A DNA stretch of 47,241 nt, filler included, from Dirinaria sp. TL-2023a (Eukaryota): assembly GCA_051941275.1 (NCBI GenBank). It is 2 parts of 2 records of this genome, joined end to end, with 100 filler letters (N's around TTAATTAATTAA, not from the genome) between each part and the next. Parts side by side here need not be neighbours in the genome. Positions count along the whole stretch, not along the records: positions 23,706 to 47,241 come from JAVEBF010000204.1; 1 more part is not named here. One strand, written 5' to 3'. Made by a program: the position numbers and the translations under genes. Numbering within the stretch: position 1 is the stretch's first letter; the number at the start of each line of letters is the position of its first letter. Shown one piece after another: positions 36,426 to 46,878 of the stretch. Below the pieces are notes generated by a model, which saw only the letters and a list, made by a program, of their open reading frames with translations, was not told the DNA's origin and ran no database searches.

Positions 36426-37899
36426 CTTTTGCTAGACTGCAATATGGCTGCTTAAATGGCATTGACTCTTTGATTGGTGATACTTCACCCAAAGGTGATT
36501 TTTGCACTATGCACCCAATAGGATTCGGGCTACCGTTTTTGCTAGGCAGCTTTTTGATTATCCCCTCACCACCAATGAAGACGAAATCGTTGAAACTCTT
36601 CATGATAACAAATGTCCTTTATCAACCTCTTTGCAGCTCTTCCCTCGTTAGTCCCAGTAGACCTCATCTTCCCCTCGGAGATAAAGTCGTCCGAGTAGGT
36701 GATGCTTGAATGTTCACCCTTGCAGAGCAGCCGAGCGACGTAGTAATCAGAGAGGAAGCAGTGGGTAGGGCTGTTATCGTCCTCGTCGTCATGTTATTTG
36801 AACTCTGCTTTAATGCACATCTTTTCAACAGTGCGTTTGCTGCACTCCGCTCTAAAATTCGAGAAATAGTAATCTGGGCCTCCGAGGCCACAATCTAGGC
36901 GGTGTATGTATGCGAGTCTTCTTGCTGAGCGACTCAGTCGAGGTTCAAGCGAGCTGGGTGTTAGCATGTTAATAATTCGACAGTTTGGATGAAGATGTGA
37001 ATTCTATCTTCTTCATTGGCGCCGCTCTCAGACTTTCTCTCTTCTAAGATATTATTTTCCTCGCTCATTGATGAGTGGAAAGAAGGATGTGTCTGTAAAT
37101 ACAAACATTTTTAACCTCTCGCTGGACTTCGATATTTGTTTGTGCGATTGAGTCCAAAGGATTTTCGAAGTATGTTCACGAGAGTGCTTGCATCTAACAT
37201 GAGTTTGTCAATCAAATGAATATTCGCGCTCTAAAATACGGGTTGACCTAGTACTCGAGTCTTGCGTCAAGCTGCACTAATCTATCGTGCGGATTCCAAT
37301 GCGGTTCGAGGCAACTGTCGCGTTCAACAGAATGTAAGGGCGGTATTGTTGAGATGACTGGGCTTGCTTGTGATATAGTATAGCGAACTTTAAACTTTGG
37401 ATTCTAGCTGCAACTGTAAAGATATGAAATTTCCATGTTTTCTTGGTAGTTAGTTGACCTGTCATACAGCTTTCAACGGTCTGTTCAATCCAGTCTTTTC
37501 ATGCATTATGGAAGCGAGTGAGCTTTGCTACCTCGAACTCGAGGTCCGCTGAGTCAAAGGTTTCATCGGTCGTTGTGTGAATTAATGACCTCACGGATCA
37601 AATTGAAGGACCGCAAGACGAAAAAATGAATGTAGGTGGAAAGGTGTATTGTGAATGCCACTTCTTGACTTAAATCCGATTGGAAGTCGCATACATTTGG
37701 GTTTTAGCGCGTAGAGTCCTAACTGAATCAAGTCATTCATGGACATGCTAAAGCATCTGCTTTTTCGAACCAATTCGAATCTCATCTCATCTGGTACCGA
37801 GTCTTCCTTGCAATGCGCGAGTTGGCGCGCCTAAAGACACGTTAGGTCGATCCATGACTTCGTAATTTCGAAATTGACATTCGCGTCTTGCGCTATCTC

Positions 37900-38530
37900 C
37901 CTCTTTTGCTGCGATCTCAACAACGCGAAAACTTAGTATCGTTCTTCCACTCGTACTTGATCTTGAAACAGCCTTGACACAAGTATCGTCATGGCTGCGA
38001 GCGCTGTTCTCGTTAAGAATATCATCGCTTTCTATTCCTCGATCGATATTCACGTCTTGCATCAGCTTCATCGCTTGCCGACTCAACAACCCGAAGGCTT
38101 GATATCGCTCCGCAGACATCCACTTCATACTTGATCTTGAATTAGTGCCGAGAAGATTGTCGTCATGATTGCGGTCGCTATGCTCTCTGAGATCACAATC
38201 GCTTTTCATGCCTAGATTGCTATTTACGCCTTGTGTCGGCTCCATCTTTTCCTGCAGGCTTAACAATCCGAAGGCTTGATAACGAGGCACAGATGTGGCC
38301 TCCACACTTGATCTTCGATCAGCTTCGATAGGAGTATCGCTATGGCTGCGGTCGTTAACCTCGCTAAGATCATTATCGCTGTGCCTAAGCTCCATCGCTT
38401 CGTGTCGACTTAACAACTCAAAGGCTTGAAATCGCTTTACAGACCTCCATTCGATACTTGATCTTTGCACCGAAACGATTATCGTCATGGCTACGGACGC
38501 CACCCTCGTAAGACCATCATCGCATTCTGA
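37900..38530 (-). repeat. Four degenerate coding repeats of 150-177 nt
   Basis: Anchor acttgatctt at 37955, 38129, 38306 and 38456. Translated unit D..L.E.S.RSHDD......RSS.....S..RYQAFGLLS.Q..M in ORF 37787-38503. Confidence 0.85.
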
Positions 38531-39316
38531 GCAAGGTTCCGCGGCCCTTCTCTAGTCGACTATGTGCTTGGTGGGTGGAGCTGGAATAGTGAAGTATCAA
38601 AGAACCTCTTCCCTTGAAGCGCTCTGAAATGCTGCTATTTTGGATCGGTCAGATTTTTGATTGCGCTTACGAGGCTTCAGCTTGTCTTGAGCGATTTTGT
38701 GTTCAAGTTCGAACAAACCCGCTGAGAGGATTCAGCCTGAAGCTGGTTTGTGAAGTGCCGACCGGTCAAATATTGTTCTTAATCCCTAATTTCTGTGGCT
38801 TGAGCACGAGAAAGAGGTCAATCGGCATCGAGTGCCGCAGGTTCTGCCATTCCAGGATAGACTGGAAGCCCAGAAACTTAATACGGCAAGGACACGCAGA
38901 TATAATCCTCAACTGTGCGAGGTGGGTCTTCGGTCCCCGCTCTTATGTAGCAACTTCTACATATCTATCATGTTGTCCTGCGCAGCATCGGCTGGGATCT
39001 GCCGTTGCAGAGAGCGCCATAATAGCATGAGGCTTTAATCACCAGCCCAGACGAGATATTCGATAACATAACTGATGGTAATACCCTCCATGTCAGCTGG
39101 GGTTTGAGTTCTCCGCTATCGCTGTTCCGAACTAGATCCGATGGTGTAAAGTATTACCATGAGTATGCAATCGACTTGGCGTGAACCTTTGCTTGCGGCT
39201 GTGCGTGGCCTTCAGGAAGGCTTTGAACTTGCGCTGGAGCGCGTTGTCTTAATTTGGCTGATATTTTAGCTGATTCGTATCGTTGAGGAGTTTAAGAAAC
39301 AACTTTTGCTTCATAT

Positions 39317-39385
39317 ACCAGTGCCTAACGTTTTGACGAGTTCAAAATCCTGGATTCTTAAGTGCTTCGATGCGGTGCCGAGCAC
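39317..39385 (-). pseudogene. Fragment of a cAMP-dependent protein kinase catalytic subunit (PkaB/CPK2-like), up to the Gly-rich loop
   Basis: Translates VLGTASKHLRIQDFELVKTLGTG, followed by an intron-like 39318-39258 (GTATAT..GCTAA..CAG). Upstream frame has stops; the downstream sequence is not kinase-like. Confidence 0.7.
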
Positions 39386-41299
39386 TCTTGACCAAGGTCA
39401 TCCATCTGGGTGATCTTAGTGTCAGATTATTCCAGGATGGCAAACGGCGCACGCTTTTGCTTGACCATCGTTCAAAAGAACTTCTGCCGATGGAATGGGT
39501 TTTGCTTCAGCATAATCTCATAAGCTAACGCATCCCCAGTGTTGATGATGTGAGATATCTTGGTTTGAGCAGTGTCCACTCTCCGACTTGGAGGGCTGGG
39601 TGGTGTAGGAACAATCCTCCCTCTCCGGATCGAGGCCAGCACCGGTGCGCCTTGTCCAACACTGGCCGAGCCGCCCAGTTGTGGGATCAGGTGGGACTTT
39701 CACTGCGGGTTAACACGTCTTGTTAGCCTTGTTCCTTCTCGTTGTTCGTCGGTAACTTACCTGCGGCGAAGCCAGGGACAGGGGACAAAGCAGAGCCGGA
39801 GAAGGGCGACATGGCCGCAGAGAGGGCAACGAGGAGGGCAAGGACAGATCGGGTGGCGCGAGAGACTCGGAGGCGGAAGCACAAGAGGACGGCGCGACGG
39901 CGGTAGAGATAGTAGCAGCATCAGCAGCAGCAGCAGAGATAGACGACTAGGCAGCAGACGACGCAGTGGCAGTGGAGGAGGAGGCAATGGACTTCCAGTC
40001 TAGCCAGCGGAACCCAAGTATAAGTCGACGCCTTAGTTCCAATGCTCGGGACGATTTTCTAGTACCTGATATGGAATGGACTTAACCAACTGACTTCGCT
40101 AGCGATCCATGTTGAATAAAGGCTTGAAAAGAAGAGTCGATGGTCACTGATCGACGATCACCGGAATCTCTAACAAAGACTTTCCAACCTCCTGAGGCCG
40201 GATTCAAGAAAATGGACATTGCTACAAAGAGTCGCGGCGCAGTAATGTCCACAGAAGTGATGCACTGGCATAGTTGTCATGAATCATGCATGGTCTAGGG
40301 AGAATAAAGTATGGACCGATTGAGAAAAGATCAGTTATTGACGATTAATGTGTCGTTACTAACGATTTTTGGATCTAATTTAAGCATGACCGCGCCGAGA
40401 AATTCTCGAGAAGGCTTGCTAAAGTCTTCTGCATATGGATCTTAACTTTAAGCGGCAGGATATCAGAGTTCCGATGATCCAGGGTGTCATGATCAGGCAA
40501 ATGCAAAACGAAAGATGCTTCCACAAGCAGAAAATGGCTATAGAATACTGGGAGATTTTCCAGACTTGTTGCAAAAGACTCAGTTACTTGCTGTCTTCAA
40601 TTACCAGGAGTTGCTATCGATTATCCTCCTAAACGAGCAGTACAGTCGAAGCAGCTCTTGAGACTAGATGGTAATATACTACAGTCTAAAAATACTTCAA
40701 TCACTTCCTTGGCTAATATTCAAGTTTTACAGTGCTCTTAGGGGCTTCCATCGACCAAGCCGGGACCAATAAGGCGCTGCATCCGCTGAGAAGGGCACTC
40801 AATTGAGTTTAGGAATATGGGCGTATCGAAATCACTATAGCTTGTGTGGTTAGTGTATGAAGCTTTCCCCCGCGGCCGGAGATACTGGCGTTGTAGTTTG
40901 ATCAGCCTTTCCTGTGCTTTTTCTACCCAGTCAAGCCGTTTTTGGATGGATCGCTCAAAAAATTTTAAGATCTTGTTAGGAATACGCCGGCCTGGACAAT
41001 GATAGAGCGAAATTAGAAAGTGCAGCCGGACGAACGAGACCAGCGAACTCTAAACAGGCTGCAAGGGAGGCATATGAATCATATAATTTGACGCTACCTG
41101 CAGAGCAGAGAGAAATCTCAGCGCTCGAGGATCACGAGCATTTTCGAAAAGGATGTGAAGAGAAGCATTGACAGAGTCTAAACCTGGAAAAGAAGCATGA
41201 TACACTCAATTCTCTTCAGCTTAGAGACGAAGCTAACGATAGCTTGATAGTTGATTTTTAGTGAACATTCCTTTTTCAATCGCCCTTTCTTCGAATTGG

Positions 41300-42060
41300 A
41301 ACATCGACAAGATATTCCATACGTGGTTCAACGCATATAAACAAAATCGACTTCAAAAATCGAAGTCAATATGTCATGGGCGATTGGTTGCACTTATCAA
41401 AGTCACTGATAAATGTTTGTCAAAGTCGCTTGACAACGTCAACAGCTGATTTCTGCTTCGACGATCAAAAATGAACTTATCGTTCGTTCCCTAAACCGCC
41501 ACAATCTTAAAGTTGGCATAAAGCCAACGAGCCAACAAAGCCACCACCACACCCAACACAGAGGCACGAGTCCACCCTATACCCCGTCAGTATATCGAGC
41601 ACGCTAGCAACGCAAGGGGAGACTCACACACTACCTGGCGGCGGTCAAGTCCGCCGCGCCGGCACGAATTCAGAAGTTAAATGTATCAAAAAGACACAAC
41701 GGCGAAGACACTGGCCGTGACAACTTTGAATAGTGCTTGCCCCATTCTGGAAATAATTAGAAGATATCCACAAGTTTGGAAACGAGACTCGTATTTATTC
41801 TCTTCCTTCACATTTCGATAGTAGCTGATTTGCTGGATTTCAAGGTCCTAAGCCCCTTTTTCGTCGTGGGAATCTGTGTCCACAGTGTCCTGTCAATTTC
41901 AGACGACGTAAACAGAGGAGTATTTCGAAAGTTTACAGACGAGCGCGACTCAATCAGATATTTGGATAGCTATGAGATCTCCAGAACATCGTCCAAAATG
42001 TCTATCTCTTCTTGGTACTCAAGGAAAGTAGATATGTCGAACAGCAAGTTGCGCCAAAAT
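41300..42060 (-). pseudogene. Decayed AAA+ ATPase (classical AAA; Vps4/katanin/spastin- or Cdc48-like); N-terminal relic may extend to ~43900
   Basis: In correct order: FRNTPLFTSSEIDRTLWTQ (eroded GILLFGPPGTGKTLLAQ, Walker A at 41909-41886), LLSKCEG (pore loop SKWxG), QALFKVVTASVFAVVSF (approach to Walker B), and DRRSRNQLLTL...VTLISATNRP*HIDFDF*SRF (sensor I/SRH, ~41465-41344). Confidence 0.78.
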
Positions 42061-45000
42061 GGGGCCCCACCCCACAGTTAAGCGGGTGATTGTTGGTGTG
42101 TATATCGTTTATTCTGTCCGACAAGATATCAGTGCATGATCGAGTTCTTGCTTAACGATCAATACTTGTAGGGCTTTCTGTTGCAGGTTTTCATGTAGGA
42201 TGGTTTTTATGAAGTTCGTCGTTGTAAGAGCTAGATACTGCTGCATATTCGCAGCAGACGAGCTTGATCAAAAAAGATTTCAACATCAGTAGAACATGAG
42301 TACAAATGTTGATTTCGATCTATGGAATGCTTCTTCATGTTTGCTATTAGATATATAATTCTTTTTCATCTTCTGAAGTGGGCATGACACTGTATGGTTC
42401 AAGAATTCCCCTTGAGCACGACTAGCCAAGGGAACCTAGCCTTCAAAGCCCAGAAATACTATTTCTTGACCGTTTCTCCTTTTGCACTTGATGCTTCAAC
42501 AGAAATGTTGATTTATCACTCTCACTCTTTTCAATCCAGTCTTGAAACATTCAACTACTTTATCTTGCGAGCCTGGTTTCGCATGATAGAACCATATCTA
42601 GTATAATAATAAGAGAAATAACATCAATGTAAAAGAAAGAATGGAGAGGAAGCCCTTTAAGCTTATGTTGGATGAGACTGAGTCTGTTCTCGCATTCAGT
42701 CAGCTTAACTTTTCCCAGGGTCCATTGAAAAACACCGATAGCGAGACTGGTGGTTTTCTGCTGCGGATTCAAGATGTGGCAGCCAGGCTTTCAATCCAGA
42801 CTTAAGTCAGACGTGAAGTAATCAGGTAGTTTCAAAGCACGAGGTTTTACTGACACGCAACGGATCTATTCGATTCTATGCGACGTAGCGTCTTACTACA
42901 ATCGTGAAATCTTCACCGATCTTACGATGGCCATGTTTTACTTTCCTGTTCGTACTTATCTCCATTAGCTTTATTGAGCTGTACCCTTATATTTGGGTGT
43001 TCATAATCCGAGACTGCCGCGCTGGACTAGCCGAATACTTTATGTTATCCCTTCAGTCGCCCACCTACTATCCATCTCTTCGAAAATCGCTGCTGTGGGT
43101 ATATTATCGTGATTAGACACGACCTCTCTTAATACGGTGTGCTCTATCTGGACTTGTGAACAGATTTTTAGAATTGAAAATGACACGAGGATGGCGAGGA
43201 ATATTCATTTCTGTCATCTTCAGCGGCTCGACTCAAAGCATCAATTGGTTTGGGTTTGGTTCAATGACTAGCAGCATTCTCGATGTCTTATCAAGCGCTC
43301 ATTTTGCTAGACTTGACGACAGACGCGTTTCTAGACCAAATCTTTGTCTTGGCATATCACGATTTTCGATTGCTCCATATTAAAAGTTTGGTCCTTTTTT
43401 CAAGGTGCTCTACTCTATTGCCAATCTTTAATTTTCACCATTACTAAGATTGTCAGAGTTGTTCCTTTTGCGTCCCGCGATCGCAATTTATTTTGTTCAG
43501 CGTTTCGAGCGTAACTCGTGCCTAGCTACTCGTGTGTCAGTGCTTCTGACCAAATCAAAGGCGCCGAACTTGTAGTCGATTTGCGTTGCCACTGGGTCGA
43601 TTTCAGCCCTGTTGTCTGTGATAGCCCTTTGGACGCTTATGTGTTTCTGCGGACTGGGTCGGTCATTCTACCAATCTTTCCGCAGCGCGAATAGCAACGA
43701 ATCTGTCCTCTTCATGAATAGGTATTTATTCTTGCTCTGCTTCTTAACCTCGGTTTTCCTTGTCAGAGCTTTTGTACGCTCAATAATTGATTGGTTCGTG
43801 TTCTTAACTTAAGCTAGTAGACTGAGTGGTCTGTTTTTGATGGGATTTTACGACGGTTGAAGAACGCAGTTAATGCTAAGGCAGCTGCTGTATTTATTGT
43901 CACTTTTTTGTCTGGGAATCTAATAAAGCCGAGGTTGTAAAATGAAGAGTCTTCGCAGCAGAGAATATAGTGATAAGTGATAGAGGAGATCAGACTACTT
44001 AGTAAAAATGGATTGAAAACATCAAGACTGATGCAACTAGATAAAGGCACCATACGCTTAAATTGTGGTGAAGCTGGTGCTTGTCTGAGATAAGATTTAC
44101 CCTGTGGTAAGTGGAAGTAGGCACTGCGCGCAGCTCGAATGTTAATCGACGATCTGGGTATGAGATACTAATTTGTTGACCGCAAAATACCCTGTTGTCA
44201 TTCGTGCGATGTTCTCAGGGTTGGTCGTCGAGGTACAGGCAGCTGTAATTCCGAGATCTGAATTGATACCTCATTGTGAAACCTTTTTGTATGAGCGGTC
44301 AGTGAGGGATAAGTAAAGCGGTTTAGCCCATCAAGTCGTTCCAGCTTATATTTACAGCTCTTCATACTGAACATTTGAATGATCTTTCATAGACTGAAGA
44401 TTATTTTCTTCCTAGGTAGGATATTTAAAGGTCTTGCAGCTTGTTGAACCGAGTTTGAGTCACTGACAAAAATCAATGATGCTTTGAAAACTGGTACAAT
44501 ATAGGAAATTGCACGATTGATTGGATTTGTCGTAGATGCTTTAGATATCGAAAGTATAGAGACAACACAGAAGCAGAGTAGTTTTTTATTTATTTTACGC
44601 TGATCGAAACATCGATCAGTGTCTAAGCTGCAAATCTATCAAGGCCTTCGAATAGTGGAAGAGACCTGTCGATTGTCTCTATTTAAGGGCCGAAAGTCTC
44701 ATTGAATGCGCTGACTCGAATCTGAGTTTGGATAACAGGCGAATCGTCCATGAATAAAGTAAATTTCATAGATCTTCACGGGAGCAGTAACCAAAGATGC
44801 AAGCAATAGTTGAATACAGAGAAGATAAGATCTATTAGCGATCTGCTTCCCGGCATTGAAAGAATATTAGGATTGTTCAAGACCAGCCGATAGTGTTTCC
44901 ATGTAACACTTAATGAATCTCTAGCTCGAACGAAGTCATGATATGCCACACTTGGTTTATGAGGAGTTACCTTAACATGGGAAGAGTTCATCGAGGGCTA

Positions 45001-45971
45001 TTTTAATGCTGTTGAGTAGGAAGAATTTCATAATTCTGGGCCGGGTTGCAAAAAATATCATCTCCTTCAACTTGAAAGGATAAGACTTCCAAGCGGCCAT
45101 AAATCACCATAGCTGGGCTTTATGTAGGACCATACCTCACCTTCGCTGTCGATTCTCAAAAAAAGCTCACGTTTATATCTTTTCCACGTTCTGTGCTTCC
45201 GGTCAGAAAGGTTTTTGGTATTGTCGGCTTCCTCGCATTCTTCGGCGCTCAGTCAGGGGATGCGTAGTTGTATTTAGAGGGGATTATAATGATCAGGAAA
45301 GCTTTCACATTATCTCAGATATCTTATCTGAGAAATATCCGTCCAGACAACGCGCCCAGGACCTACTCTGTCTCTCTGTACAGCGGCTCGGTCATACTTC
45401 GGTAGCGCTATTTACTAGTGTCGATAGCTAAGTACCGAGACACTACTGAAGAGCACCTACACGCTCCGCAGTGTGGTGTAATGTAGATATATACCTCATA
45501 TGACGATGATGAGCACATAGCTACTATCATCATGTCGACTCCGAAAATTGAAAGAACGCACGTCGATCCTCAGAGATGCTGCTAACTTATCCTCCTAGAA
45601 TCCGCGGGCGGACCGAATTTCAAGGTATTGGACCTATCACTACTACTATTCCTGGATCATGGAGGATTACTACGTACTACGTAATGAAAACCATCCCCAC
45701 AGCACCTCGATCTTGTGTGTCTACGCGACCAAACGGGAATAGATGGAACGCTGCCGTGACTTCGCAAGCCCGGTGAGACGATAAGCGCGGCTGCCACCTA
45801 GCGCAAGCGTTCGCACTTGGATGCTCCACCGGCTCCTTCAAACACGGTCCGGAAAAATAATTAGCATCTAACAATGGCACGCGACACCGAGTATAGATTC
45901 GGAACCCTGCTACCTCATATAAGGCATGCCATGACTCTTCATTGGATCTTCCTATGCTCCGAACATGCAGC

Positions 45972-46592
45972 ATGCAAGCCATACCCAGGTTCCTTCTAAC
46001 CCTATTCCTCCTCCTCTCCACCGTCCTCACCCTCAGCACCTCATACCCGCCACGCATCAAATGTGACACGCGGAGCAAACCGCCCAAGGACCCCTCATTC
46101 CAAGACTGCTCGGAATTCCTCTGGGAGCTCTCCATCAAAGCCCACGCCGAACCGCAAGGCAGCTACAAGTGGTACGGGCGGGAAATCGATGCGTGCACGG
46201 AGTGCGTGAAACTGCCCACCATCATCCATATCGGGACCCTGAAATGCGCGACCGTCATCGACGTCGATGACGCGCGGGAGACCGATCTGAGCATTTTCGG
46301 CCTCACGGATTTGAATGCCGCTCTGAGTGATGTGATAGGGACTTGCTGGTTGCGCCAGATGCATAATGGGGTCGGGTACCCTGGTGCACAGGCGGCGTGG
46401 GCGGGATTGATTAAGGGGTTTACCGGGCTGAGATTGGGAGGTTCGGTGAATGATACTTTGGAATTGGAGGATGGGGCGGATGCGCTATTGAGGAATGAGA
46501 TGGAAAGATGGAGGAATCGGACTGTTAGCGTGATTGATCTAAGCGCGGGGTGGCCTGGGAGAAGAGGCGTTGGGGGAACTGCCGCGACGTAG
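45972..46592 (+). CDS. Small secreted cysteine-containing protein (candidate effector)
   Basis: ATG at 45972; hydrophobic signal peptide MQAIPRFLLTLFLLLSTVLTLS; six Cys in the mature part; GC3-rich intronless ORF; TATA-like catataa at ~45916. Confidence 0.8.
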   Translation: MQAIPRFLLTLFLLLSTVLTLSTSYPPRIKCDTRSKPPKDPSFQDCSEFLWELSIKAHAEPQGSYKWYGREIDACTECVKLPTIIHIGTLKCATVIDVDDARETDLSIFGLTDLNAALSDVIGTCWLRQMHNGVGYPGAQAAWAGLIKGFTGLRLGGSVNDTLELEDGADALLRNEMERWRNRTVSVIDLSAGWPGRRGVGGTAAT

Positions 46593-46878
46593 AGCGTTGA
46601 GGCTGTACAGTATGTTTTCTCCTGACGAGCTGCTAAAAATCGGTATATAAGGTGCATTTCTGGTCCGCTGCGCTACGAACAGAAATCGCCCCCATCAAGT
46701 TGATATTCTCGAAAACCCGCACGGCTGACTACATATTCTTGGTGAAAAGCTTAATTTGACCTACCAAGGTTGAATCAGAATGAGATCACAAGTTTGAAGC
46801 GCCACACGTGACTGACATTCCTACCACAATGAAAGTAACGAAAAACACTCTCTAGCATCAAATCAAGCCTACAAGCTA

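Larger units (their letters stand above)
33033..38530 (-). pseudogene. Large decayed orphan gene (or several) with internal repeats
   Basis: Long protein-like frames broken by stops and frameshifts, e.g. HCFLSDYYVARLLCKGEHSSITYSDDFISEGK...RFRLHWW*GDNQKAA*QKR*PESYWVH (~36750-36500), NITRVDRDLANRVLQGARNAIDLKLLE*LTSSSFEALRNFYHLP (~35550-35420), and a terminal exon 33233-33033 after a GTATGC..TAG intron. Confidence 0.55.

Noticed and set aside
41638..41657. GC hairpin as a Helitron 3' terminus
   Set aside because: No CTRR end at the expected short distance on either strand.
32000..45500. Naming a specific transposon (Starship captain, Helitron RepHel, LTR/LINE pol)
   Set aside because: No diagnostic motifs, LTRs, TIRs or TSDs could be seen by eye.
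45576..45776. ORF sharing YPPRI with the downstream secreted protein
   Set aside because: Only five residues match, the codons differ and there is no further similarity; likely chance.
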